Under the pieces are notes generated by a model, which had not been told where the DNA came from, searched no databases, and worked only from the letters and a program-made list of their open reading frames with translations. From contig OZ037773.1 in assembly GCA_964035545.1 (NCBI GenBank), positions 8,027,751 to 8,091,750 on the forward strand: 64,000 nt of DNA, in the 5' to 3' direction. The stretch is from Bugula neritina (lineage: Eukaryota > Animalia > Bryozoa). Position 1 is the stretch's first letter. Each line of letters begins with the position of its first letter. Positions 29,460 through 45,800 of the stretch are shown here, piece by piece. The position numbers were made by a program, and so were the translations under genes.

Positions 29460-29810
29460 AAACAATAGGAATTGAAAACACATGCTATCAGGCTAAACAC
29501 AAGCCATGTTATGCAATATAAATGAAATAAGGGACGACATAAGTGCAGCTGTTATAGACTGCTATAACAACTCTTCAAAAAGGAAGTTCAGCTTCACTGA
29601 GGGTTTCATGAATGACTCACTCACTATTGAGAACAGAAGCCTGTTTTGTGTTACTTTATACAGAATCAAGTGAGCTTTGCTTATGACAAACATAGATATC
29701 TAAACATATTTTCCTACTTCCTTGTATGATTAGACCTTTATTCAGAGTTATACTCGCTCAGAGGCAAAACTTCAACGTCTTTAAATTTTTAAAAGGTTTT
29801 AAGGTAAGAA

Positions 29811-30023
29811 TGTATATTATACTGAAGTGCATTTGCTATATTATACTGACATACATTGTATGTTATACTGATACACGGTGTATATTATACTGAGATACAC
29901 TGTATATTATACTGAGATACACTGCATATTATACTGAGGCACATTGTATATTATACTGAGATACACTGTATATTATACTGAGATACACTGTATATTATAC
30001 TGAGGCACATTGTATATTATACT
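29811..30023. repeat. 22-bp minisatellite (TACACTGTATATTATACTGAGA)n
   Basis: ~9-10 copies just downstream of the donor at 29804. Confidence 0.92.
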
Positions 30024-30412
30024 ATAACAATAACCTATGTAAGCTCCATGTGTAATACCAATGCTAGTAGTAGTGCGTATATATACTCAGGAATTCCAAT
30101 ACTTAATAGCTTGCAGCTTGGCTTCTTTACACTCTAGCTAGCTGCATGCTCTGTATTACTTTAGTGACTGCCCACATGCATTGTACTATCTTGTCATAAT
30201 CTATTTAGAAAAACTAATCAACCAAACTTGAAATTTACTCTTGTGCTAATTTCCTAAAGCTCTAAAGGTATTTTGCTGGCATGGTTTGAGCTTAAAGCTT
30301 CATAAACAATACTAAAATATCTTATATCAGTTTTTCTAGTAGAAATATGCTTTTCTTTAAAAATAAAATGCTGTAAAATTAAACTGCTGCCGCACAGTTT
30401 CAGGTGTTTTAA

Positions 30413-32768
<2,356 letters not shown>

Positions 32769-33868
32769 GGAAAGACTGTTGAGGTATGACAGTACTTACC
32801 AAAGCTAAGGAAAGGTTTGCTCAAACTTGGAATCCATTGGAATGTTGTTTTTGTATTAAAGATATTGCTTGTGTTTGCAAAAGGCTTACAGATTACAATG
32901 CAGTTTTAAAAAATAATTTTATGGTTGTTTGATTGGCAACTGCTTTTAACAGAACTTTCTGCTGGGAAATGTATGAAGCTTTTAGTAAATATATTAATTT
33001 CTTATATATCTCACGAAATTGCTTAAATTACTGTTGTTTTTTCTTTTTACATGCAACTAAAACTATTGAAGAGTAAAGCCATGAATATATTCAGATTGAT
33101 TCAGCTTGTTATATTTACAGCACTGTAATGGTTTTGACTTAGAGATTAAGGAAACTACCAGTTATCATAAACATTATTTTACCAACCATAGTTGATAAAA
33201 TAATAGCAAAGTGTATCAAACTCTGACAGCTTTGTAAAATTTGATTCTCAACTTTCTGTGAATCAAAAAATATATATTGTTTTTGCTTTTTGATATGTAT
33301 AACTTATGCAATCACTCTATATGTAGATTCATTATATCACTATTAACCTTATGCCTGCAACTAGTAACTAATATTTCTGTTTGTACCAGATGTTTTATAA
33401 AAGAAAACTGCTATAACTTCCTTTTAACTTCCAAGTCTGTCAAAATTCTTTAACTACTATTCAATAAAGAATTAATTTGCTGCTTCGGTTATTTTAAAAA
33501 CAATGTTACTTTTTCCATGTACAATTTGGCTAAAAGCAAATGTTATTTCAATAACATTGGCCAAATTCTAAACAACGCAATTACAGAAGTGGTGGCCGCA
33601 GCACGTTTTGTGTTCTATTTATTATCTCATATAGCACTGACTGCTAAAAATTAAAAAAAGCAAAATTTCTTCACCTAAAAACATATTCAAGTTTTGTAAA
33701 AAATTATGCTAAAAATTTTTTCAAATACTTGAAAGCTAGCATAAAAATATTGCAAAAATACTACTGATATACTTGATATTAAGATAAAAACAAAAGTTTC
33801 AAAACTGAAAATGCATTTCTACTTGAAATCTTGGAATACCAACTCGCTGCTGCATCTCAGACGTGACT

Positions 33869-36800
33869 CTAATATCCATAAGGAGAGCGAGTTGGGTATA
33901 AAACTTTCCTCTCTTTCCATGGGCCCAAATTCACTTGTGGAAGTGAATTGCAACTCACAGGCTCATTTCTACAATTACAAACATGATAAATTGTCATATC
34001 ATATCATATCATGAGAGTTTCTGAGGCTGAATTTAAGAGTACAGCTCAGCTGAAGGAATAATTTAACGAGCATGTGGCTTAAAACAGCCATGTATAGTAC
34101 AATACCCTCTTTAAATTCATACTACATATATAAAATACATTGAGAGTTATAGAGGCATCACCTGTGATAAAATTTGCAGTTATTGCTATCTATTTCATTA
34201 CAACTTTTACATGAAAAATAGTGTGTCTCAACACTTACACATTATATTTAACAGAGCAATGCATGTTGCAGCAGTTTGCATAATTTTAATTGCAAATGTG
34301 TATTTCCTCATAGCTATGTCTAATATAGTGTTAGAGCCATGGCTAGTGCTTTTGAAAAAACAGCAGCTTCTTAAGCATATTATAGTTAGACATTTGTGTG
34401 CTCCTTGTATAGCATTTTACTTGATTAGCTAGTAGAGAAACTGACCGCTTAGACTTTGAATTATCAATATGAAAATGAGTAGGATAGTGAAACAAGTAGG
34501 ACTGTGTAAGCCAAGATAGAAAAGCCAGAGTATACACACATGAGTACATAAATCTAGGAAGTGAAATTAAGTACATGTAAATTTTCTATTAAATTGAGAT
34601 TATATTCAATTTTAAATTTTCAACTTAATTTTACTTTTGTAAAACAAATAAAAAACGTACTATAGCTACTGATGAAATCTATTTTTAGTACAACAAACGT
34701 ATAAATTCTTTTGAATAGTCATTTTTGCTGCACATAGAATAAAGATGGAGTTATCTTACCCTGGAATGTTGGCTACCAGCATCCGCCTTCGTATCTCAGG
34801 TCTAAAGCGTTCTTGAAGGTTTCGGCAGTAGAGCGTGGCAAAGGTTATTTTTTTTAGTTCAGCCAATTGGTCTACAATTTACCAAAGTCAACTTTACTTT
34901 AAAAGAAGTAGTTTTATAGCAATCATACATGATTAACCTGACCAATACTATCAAACAATGTGATAAAGGAGTTGAGCAGTCAGCAATGGTGTTATCAAGC
35001 AATCTGTATAATCTTCATTGTTTTCTTTGCAATTGAAAGCTTTAAGCTAGATAAGCATGTGGCAAACAACTAGAAAATTTAGAAAAACGCTTTGATTGCT
35101 TTGTGGGGATTGTCATAATAATGAAAAGAAGATCTGTTGAAAAAGGCCAGAGGCTAAAAGAAGTTGTATGCAAAAGTTGCATGCAAAAGTTAAACAGTGA
35201 GCCTAATAGTGTTCAGATTGAGTGAAATTCTGGGAAGTTATTATTTAATATAGCAGCTAGTGTAAAGCTGGTAAAAAGACAGACTAATAAAGTGCAAAAA
35301 ATGTATCAGAGTAACTATAGGAAAGATCTGGAATTCAATAAAATACAATTTAACAAACTGCATTACATTTGATGCATCATAATTTCAGCAAATAAAAACT
35401 CAGTAAATCTTGAGAACAAAAATGCTTAAATAATTTAAATGCCACTATGAAAATGATTTGTTCAACTAAATAATATACTGCTTTCATTGTCTTTTCATAA
35501 AAAAATAGCATAGACAAAGAGTAAACCTGGAACAGAGAGTAAGTCTGGGACAAAGTAAGTCTAGAACAGAGAGTAAGTCTGGGACAGAGAAGTCTAGGAC
35601 AGAGAGTAAGTCTAAGACAGGGAGTAAGTCTAGGACAGAGAGTAAGTCTAGGACAGAGAGTAAGTCTAGAACAGAGAATAAGTATGGGACAGAGAAGTCT
35701 AGGACAGAGAGTAAGTCTAAGACAGGGAGTAAGTCTAGGACAGAGAGTAAGTCTAGGACAGAGAGTAAGTCTAGAACAGAGAATAAGTATGGGACAGAGA
35801 AGTCTAGGACAGAGAGTAAGTCTAAGACAGGGAGTAAGTCTAGGACAGAGAGTAAGTATAGAACAGAGAGTAAGTCTGAGACAGAGTAAGTTGTGAACAA
35901 ACTTACCATTTGTAAATCCAGTAACAGGGTTGTCAGTCTCGTGCCAGAATCTGTCTCCAAACTTGACTCTTCTGAACTGTTCACCAACAATGTTAGCAAA
36001 TGTCTCTCCAACTACACCATGCGGTACGGGCAGCTCTGATACACCTACAGCAATACAACCTTGCATGTTACAAGATTCATGTGTAGATTATATAATGTAG
36101 ACTTGATCGTGTGCACTAGGCAAACCACTCAGAAATAATATATGTTTTAGCAGACTGTAATGAAAGTGTGAATAAAAACCATAAACTTGAAACCTGTTTG
36201 TTACAGTATTTCATCTAGAATGTATCGATTTTACATACAAAAGACTTATACATAAATTTTTAGTTATCAAAAAATATTTTCATTAGGTTATACAGCCTGT
36301 ATTTAAATTTGCATTTAAGTTGCTTCAAAAATACATACCTAATTATTTTTTGCCGTGCCATGCACTGCAGTATAATAACAAAAAAGTCACAAACTATAGC
36401 AAAAGCTGAAATAGTAATGAAGAAAATAATTTTAAGTAGGTTGTGACAAGGAATTGTCCTGTAGTAACTTGCATAGCTAGTATCATGCATTTGACAATGG
36501 TTTTGTGTTAATTATTACATCATATATTTTTTAATCAAAATGCAAATCTAAATATCACATTCATAATAATTTTTCAACATGGTATTAAAACGTTGTAACT
36601 CAAGACAAAAGTATTTTGGCATGCTGTGTAGACAGCACAAGGTAGGAGGTGTTGCTGATGTAGAACCATACAGAACTCACCTCTAGGAAACATACAGAAC
36701 TTACCTTCAGGAAACCATACAGAACTTACCTCCAGGAAACATTTCAATATCATCTGGAGTTGGATAAACCATTTTAAGTCTCTCAATGGTCTCTTTAGTG

Positions 36801-39800
36801 TGAGTTCTTCCTTCCATCTCTGCATAAGTTCGGTACACAGGAAGTCGGAAAAATCTCCTGGAGCCATCGAATTATAGTGTGATAATTATTTATAGCAAAT
36901 CAGTAATGCCAATTCTATCAGCATATAAACATAATCTAAATAAATTTATTGGTCATCTTTGTTACTACATCGAAAGTAAGTTTATTTATTTATTGGATTT
37001 TCTCTACCTTATGCTATTGTAGCTTGGGATTCCATGGTCTCTTCCTCTCTGGATGTTAAATGCTGGAAGATCCAACATGATTCCCAGAAGATCATCTCTT
37101 ATCTGATCAGTAACAATAATAATATTTTCATATATTGTATGACACTATAAATAAAGTAGAAACTTTAAAAGTAAAAATATATAAGCATTAAAAACAATAT
37201 TACACTCTGTGATAAACAGTATGTCATATAATATTAAGAAAAAATTGACAGTAAGCAAAACATAAAGTTCCATAGAACAATATTAATTTTTGCATGACTG
37301 GTGAACAACCAAAGTACACTTCTGTTACATCATTTTGACAAAGCAACCTATAAAATATATTAAGAGTATTTTGGCATAGGTATTGCCATTTCACTATTAT
37401 GTAAACAAATTGCTGACATATATTTTATAGCTTGTAAGAAAGTTGATGACAAAGTAACATTGCATTATATTTCCTTATAGCCTCTTAAATACAAACACAT
37501 TACCCCTCTAGAGAAAAATCTGTCTCTCTGTTCCATATCATCAGTAGACAAACCAGCGAGCAATGCGTTATTTCCTGTAATAACAGCAGAAAACTCATAA
37601 CCATTGTTTGAAACTCATTTTAATTTCTTATCCAGCTCTAGTGTAAAGCCTAACATGGCTATGGCTATCAAGACTAAAAAGTCACGTTATAGAGATCATG
37701 TCACCAATTGTTGAAGTGTAATCTCGTACTGCAATGGTTCTTACCAAATCTGTCGACTGTGATGAATGAATCGAAAATTCTCTTTAGATCAAGTTGTCCT
37801 CCACTGATTCCAAACGTCTGTCTAATAGTGGAGTGACCAAACCTAAATGCAGCTGTGGAGAACTCAGTGCTACAAAAGAGGGCTAACAGGTCAATGAGTG
37901 CATCACGTAGCTCTGAGATGAGAGCATACAACAAATTAATTTATGGTTTAATCACTTTCAGAGTTATATATGTATACATATTTAGAGTATTAAATGGCCT
38001 TTCAAACCAGCTTTTCTTGTTAACAAATAATAAAAGTCATAAATTCCTTGCATATAACAGCTCTCAGTTCAAATTTTGATAATTGAAGTAATTGGTATCT
38101 AATGACATGCCAGAGGTAAATGGATACGGTGAGAAGTAGTGAAAATATTGAGAAATAGTGAGAAATGGAATTAGTAGATTGTTGACTTACACCATGGCAG
38201 GGTCAATGTTGGGAGAGTAACCAGTGAATCGCTGGTATCTAGCTAGAGTGAGGTCATATTTATTCATGAAATCTGGTCCCAGCACTTCTGGTAGGTATTC
38301 ACCATATACAAGTCTTTGCATTATAGCTCCGACTATCTTTCTGCCAGTCTGTACAGAAATAACATGCAGTCGATTATGGTAAGTTGGAAGCATTTGAAAA
38401 AAAATATAGGATTTTGTAAAATAGGGCAGTCTCACAGGGAGCATATTACAATACTTTCATAAGACACTTTCATTTTATTTTGACAATTAGTGCATGCATA
38501 TTTTATTATTAAATTTCCAGAAATGCATGATGCAATAAAGAAACCTGGTAGAGTCTCTCATTTGACCAAGTAGGGTTGAGTGTCACGAGTTCTCTCACAA
38601 TCTTGTTGTGTTCTCTTAGAAACAGTGTGTGAACACTGGTTAGACCAGCTGCAATACAAATAGCCTAGCATCAGTTTGGTAGTCATATTACCAAAGTAGA
38701 CACTATAGGTTCTATTATAGCAACATAACAAACCTCTCCAGATTCTCTAACAGTAAAACAAGCAACAAGTGTAGAGAAGTGCTGCAACAGATTCAGACAC
38801 TGTTCATTAAGGTAAAAGTTGATAAAACTTGTTTTCGTACATAGAAAGCTCACAAAGTGAAAAAGACTAAAATCTGACTGCAATACTTTGTTCTATACAT
38901 AATAAAAGTAAGACATTTATATGGTGTTTTATATGTACTGTCTGGCAAGACACTATTTCAAAGGAATGCCATGCATAACTGTTGCATCTATAACACGTTA
39001 AGTAAAAGGCTCACTTAATGAATGTGCTCGTGTAAATCTAAATCTTCAACAAATAACATAAATTGTTTTATCAATTACTTGCTCTGCTTATGGCAAGAGT
39101 TCTAGAATAATGTCTTTTATAAAATAGAAGTGGAGTGTAAAGCAGACATATTACGTTAAACTGGTATATCAGTTATAAGAGTCCCTCTACTATAAGAATA
39201 TCATTACCTTGTTCACTAGTCCTCGAGTCACCCGCTGCAAACCGGCACTCCATATTGCTGATGGTAAAGCAGTCTGGAGGATTGTCCCTTCTGGGGGGAA
39301 GCCTTTCCTCATTGTTTAATCCCCGCTGTTTAACAGTATGCAAAAAGACATCAAATAATCTTGTAATAATATAGCTTACTGGTAATGTAAGTAATCTTGG
39401 ATCTCATAAATAAAGTGAAATTCAAATAGTATATGGCTTGTAGTTTAAAGCACCGTTAAAGTGCAATGAATGAGCATGAATATGGTCTCATGCTCTTAAA
39501 CCATGTTGTCAACATAGTGAAGGACCTGTACAGTGTTTAACAAGGTCAAAACCTGTACCACCGTGGGTCCTTATAAGCCATAATGAATTTATATAGCACA
39601 GTATGGCAAAATTTTTATAAGAGACACATAGGTTCCATTTTTCGTGTTATCTGTTATCCGTCTGCTCTATAATCTATTATTCTACGGTTCAACTTACAGA
39701 TATTCTGAGAAGCCCTCCTCTATTCTCCCGGAGAGAGTTTGCTCTGTTCAAGGTCACTCCGTACACTTGAGACGCATCAACAAATGCTGTCAAGTCATTC

Positions 39801-42800
39801 AGCTGAAACCTCACTTCTGCAAATAAATTGCAAAAAAAATGCTATTATGTTGCACTGTCATTGGCTCTAAAAGCTTTAAAACATATGGGAATGTTTAACT
39901 TCATAGTTCTGCATAGTAAGTTTAGAACAGGTTCTAGTGAATACATTTTACAGTTTTTGGCTTTGTAGTTTGAAACTATACTTATTACATAATGCTAAGT
40001 TGATAAAGGAGTTGTGAAGAATAGGACAAGCTATCAGGATACTGGCAGCAGCAGCAGCAGCAGCAGCAGCTAAACGACATCTGTCAGATGTAATTTTCTG
40101 AGCTTACGCTGCACACTATTAACAAGTTCTACTGCAGAAGATAAACTCTTTACTGTTAAATGCCTAATGAATCAGCTATAACCTAAAGTTCTTGGAGAAT
40201 GCCTAACAACCCACCAGGAGCACCGGGTAGCCTTGGTGATATAGCAGATCGAATGAAGGGCATACAGGAGTCATTCAAAAATGGGTCATTTGGAGTTGGG
40301 ATGATAAAACACTCGGAGAATTCTACAGCACTAAAGGCACGTGCTCTTGCTGAGCTTGGCTCACAGCAGATCTCCCTGTAAAATTCAAGTAATCTTCATA
40401 AGCTTTAAAAAATGATATGAAAAATAAGCCTAATAATTGATATAAAAAACTTGATGCACTTTATCTTAAACTTAGAGTTATTTGATGATTTTTATATTTG
40501 TGTTATATTTATACATGCAATTATATTATTGTATTATTATTTAGTCAATCCTCTAATGATACTAAATTCATAAACTATAACTCATATAATACAGTGGTTT
40601 GCCTACACGTTTGTTTTAAAATATTTTTCTCTACAATTTCCATGTTTCAACGATTAACACTTTTTACTGCTAAAAAAAAGCCATAGAAAAAGCATAACTC
40701 ATTGTTATATTATTGCATGGCTGAAATGTTGAGAAAAAGAAGTTTTCAGCTTGTTTCTTTATATATTTGATCAACCAATTATAAGCAGTAAAGCTGAAAT
40801 AGATATATAAAGTGTAATGGCATTGTGTCACAGCATACTTTATATAATATGTAGTATACATTTTATAGCTGTGTTTTCAACTCACTTTGGACTTTCTTCC
40901 TCTCCACCCTCAGCATTGGCCTCTGGACTCAGAGTGACATCATGGTCAGTGAACTGTCCAAAGTTCATAAGCAGATGTGAGTTTCTATTACTCAGGTTGG
41001 AGGTAGTCTCGTGAATAATGAGAGATACCATTCTGGCTGAGGGCAAGTTACCCGCTGATCTGAAGAAAGTTCTGGTGGGAGCCTCAACACCTAAAGATTT
41101 GTAATTTTAGTGAAAAGAAAATTGGTTAATTGGAGCAGCACTGAGTTGGTGGTCAATGAGTACAATGGTTTAAAGGATTTTCAAGTAAAAATGGATCATT
41201 TTACTTAATTTAGTACACACTGGATATCTTCAGTTTTTAGCTATTTTCACAGTTTAGCTGGTAATGAACATGGCTTTTGCCCAAAACTAATAAAGCACCA
41301 ATAAATACACCGAAACAATTAAGGTTCTTTTTAATTTTGCTTCATTTCCCATGTTTTTTCTTTTATATTTAGCTTATTAGGAGTGCGGACCGTTACGAAA
41401 AAACCGTAACGGTCCGCAACCAGAAATAGCTGAATTGGGAAAAAACATGGGAAATGAAGCAAAATTAAGAAGAATCTTAATTGTTTCGGTGTATCTATTG
41501 GTGCTTTACTAGTTTTGGGCAAAAAGCCATGTTCATTACCAGCTAAATTGTGAAAAATAGCTAAAAATTGAAGATATCCAGTGTGTACTAAATTAAGTAA
41601 AATGACCCGTGTAGAGTTGGGGTTTGGGTTTCTGACAATGATGTCTATACAAACTCTGTACTCAGGCACCTTCAATTCTCAGTACTGCTTCTAGCAAGCT
41701 ATTATCACATAATTTGGCATATTGTGCTTTCAGCCATAATAACACAACATCCAGTTGTCAGGCTCTTTTGGCCTCTCGACTTTCTCGGAGTACTACTACT
41801 AAATTTCAATAAAGGCCAATATAGCTGATAAAACTTTTGCCTAAACTGGGATTCGAACCCAAGACATTCGGTGTTAAACACAGGCGCATTAACCATTACA
41901 CCAAGGGGATTTCTGGGTAAAATCAACACTACAGTATCATACCATCTTCATAGGTATTGTTTAGCAGACGTTCCAGAGGAATCTTGGCAGCCCCTCTGAA
42001 AGGTCGTTCCAAGTTGTTGCAGGTGCCATTTATTCTTCTAAACTCTGCATTCGGGTCGCAGTTCTGATCTATGGTGAAGGGGTTGGGGAGGACTGAAATT
42101 TTGAAGGCAAATAAATGTATAAGAGCAAGTCTATGTGTTTAGTAGAACTATTCAGAATGATTGGATTAATTCCCAAACAGCATTGCAAAAACTAAATAGG
42201 TGTTACTGTAATAGCAATATTTGATGATAAAAATGATTTGTAAATTATTATTTTACTAGTCTATTTCTAATAATAAAATTTAAAGAAATGAATTTTCACT
42301 TCTTTTCACTTAGAGAGCTGCAACCCTAATGAATACACTCTTTTCAGAGGTTTCCAATGTCTATCTTACAATTAGGAGTTGTGTCCTCCCAAAATGAAAA
42401 TTGTCTAAAAAAATATACTTGAACTCATTTTTGTGCTTTTGGTTGCTGGGCAATGCTGAAGTGCCACTTCAGCATTGCTCGGTAACCAAAACCACAAAAA
42501 TGCTTTCAAGTTTTTTTTTCAAAACTCTTCGTGAAAAAATATTACTGCAAGCTTTTTTGAACTGCTAATATGTGTGCTTATACAAACATATTTATCCCTT
42601 AAAAGAACAATTCTATAGCACAATTAGACTTTTAAGTAGCAGCCAAACTTTAAATTTTCAATGATTTTGCTCTTTATACAAAGGTTCAACCTATTCACAT
42701 TGGGAGGACACAACTCCTAATTGTAAAGGGGATATCGCGGACCTCTGAAAATGGTCTATTAGAATCAATAAAAACCCACACTATGTAAAGCTGTTCTAAA

Positions 42801-45800
42801 ACTTTCATCATTGCTGAACACTAAATATTTTCATACTATATAGGTATGTATTGAGATTCAAGGCTCAAAAGAAAGAAAAATGAAAAATCTACAAATAAAC
42901 CAATTAGACCCTATTAATGAATATGCTATAGCCACGTGTCAAATGCCAATATAAATGTACATGTTCACCATGTTCATTAACACCAAGGTATTTGAATGAT
43001 ACGTCAATATGAAATATTTTGATCAGCTGGATTTTATAAGGTAGTATACATTTGTATTCACAAAATTATATGAGCTAGAGACCCCTCAACTTCTTGCTAT
43101 TACCTTCATTGTGTTAAATGTTGCTATCATGTCTGTTCTACTATCAGCAAAACATTACTCTTTACAGGAAATACTTTATGCTTAATTTGATAGAAGCATG
43201 CAGCTAAAAAAACCACTCAAGAGGTTCAATGTGCTTGCAATTTTATCTCACACTGTAGTTATTGCAATAATTTTGTGAATTCAGAAGGCAGTAATTTTAA
43301 ATAGAGATATCTGATTCAATTTGGTTTTTTTACATTAAAACTTTTGCCTTACAAAATAAAAAATTGTACATTATTTATGACTGAAACTCACACCATAAAG
43401 AAACTTTTGGTTAAGCAAACCATAGAATTTCTTTAGATAAGTAAATATGTTTTACCTATTGACTTGTTGGGGTGGTAAATCAATATGACAAATCTCCATA
43501 GCAACAAAGTCACGGGTGAAGTTTCGTTACAAACAGAGTTATAGCATACTTACAGCCATATACTTACATACTTACAGCCATATACTTACATACTTACAGC
43601 CATATACTTACATACTTACAGCCATATACTTACATACTTACTTTTATATTTCTAGCATATAAAAATTGTTAACTTACTACTTCTGGCTCCAGTTCTACAA
43701 AACAAAATGAGTTTGTGTTAAAGTTTTGCAATGATTTTCATTACTATTCATTGTTTCCTAGAAGCGCAGTGTTCTACAGTCTCACCAAATGTTTAATATA
43801 CAATTTAGTTGAATAAAGCAAAGAGTCAGACTGGTTAGTACAAATAGGAAAAAAGAGTTTTACTTCTGGCAATCACATTTGGGATTTTTTTTAGGCATAT
43901 AGCTGAGTCAGAAGCTGGTATTATTGGGAGTTGTCTCACTATATATGATCGTGGAGTATTATGAGTAAAATGTAGGTAATAAATGATGATTGTTAGTAAT
44001 TCAGAAGCAGCAACGTTCTAGGAACCAATGAATAGTAATCTAGAAATTATTGAATATAATTCTAGGAAACAGTGAGTTATAGTATTTTTGAAAATGGTGA
44101 ATATTATTCTATAGGATAGTGAATCAACTTCTAGAAAATAGTGAATTGTAATCTATAGAAACATACCTTGCGGCGGCCATCTGCCCCCTGGCTACTCTAG
44201 CAAAGTTAGAGAGTCTGAACTCAGGAGTGTCTGCAGTGTTGACTGCCAAGTGAATACTATGACGTCTGCTGATCAGGAAGGGTCTAGAATATTCACGCAG
44301 ATAAATTATAGCTAAAGAATATTACTATAATTATCAGTAAAACTTTCTAAAACTCTGGATCGACATATAGAAACGCTGGAGCAAGAAAATTACAAACTTT
44401 GTGTAGACCTTTTCGGTAGCTATATAAACCCCAACAGTCAACACACACCAAAGTTTACAAACTAAAATAGCCACTTAATGTAATTTTATAGATTTATAAA
44501 TTTTATACTTGACCCTAAAACACACTATTAAAATTTAAAAATCTAAACTCAAATGTAAATGTGAATCAAAAATGTTTATTTGTAAAATAGCTCTTTGTGT
44601 TATATAAGAGAGCAGTGACTGCATTTGATTGTATAGATAGAAGCATATAGCGTGAAGACTGCATTCCAAACTTTTAATGGGTAAATTCTGTTGACAGCAG
44701 ATATAGCTAGCTTAAATAGACAAGGGCGGTGTGGTATAAATGATTGCAAAATTTTTAGCAGGATGCATTTTATCTGAGGATTGTAGATAGCTACTGGTTG
44801 TGAAACGCATGCGATAACGTTAAGAAAGTGGGGATTACACTTTACATGGCTACACATATCAATGCACATGGGTTTTGATAGATTGATTTAAGCAGTGAAA
44901 ACATCTGATATAAGTATATATTTATCACAGTTGCATGCAAACTCATAATTTAAAAATCAATTAGTATAGATTATGGAATAATAATATATCATAACAACCA
45001 GCTAACAAAAAATATTTCCCTGGATCTTTATAAAGCAAAAATATGGAGCTGCAATACAGGTAAGATATTAATATTATAGTATTATTTTATAAATAGTTTT
45101 ACTATTTTCAATTAATCAGTGTTGGTTATTTATAAACCAGCACTTGCAATTAATGATATGCTTGTATAGCTATTCCAAGGTATAAATTTGCATCTGAGGG
45201 TATATGTATGCTAGCATTCCTTTAAAAACTAATAGCTATAATAATTTCACTATTGACATTTATATTTTATTGCTGAGCTTTTTAATTCAAATTTCAAAAG
45301 CATGACCATACCTATATAACTAATTTTATTTCCTAAACTAGTCACAATTTAATACATATACACCACCACAGTTTGTCCAAATATGTAATCTAAGCTTGAA
45401 GTAACTGCATGTTAATCCTTACACATTAGATCCTGGAGCTTAAATTATAGCTCAAAGAATGTACTATCTTGTATATTATTTATAGTTTTATTAGTGTACA
45501 TTTTTTATGTAAGGTCAAAAAGGCAAAGAAAAATTTTTAGTTGTTGCTACTTAGTGCGGCTAAAATTTCTAAATCAGTTTCAAGTACGAGTGGGCAGAAA
45601 ACTCCAAAAAAACTCTGAAAACGGCGCTATCATTGAACTATATTATAGTTTCAGTTTAGTGGGTGCTATAGCTTTATATAATAATTAAAAGGCAATAATT
45701 GTTTAATATATGATTTACTAAATATATGCTACTTTGTTAAGAGATGTAACACTTTTCAGTTCGAAGATAATCTACGAGTTTTATTGTACTTTTAGCTGAT

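Noticed and set aside
41331-41675. 114-aa ORF
   Set aside because: Lies within the palindromic foldback element; no transposase motifs.
43864-43938. Alternative peroxidase A exon ([10 protein letters not shown]...)
   Set aside because: Open only as phase 1-1; it cannot follow the phase-2 donor at 44166, and the 17-nt microexon already restores frame.
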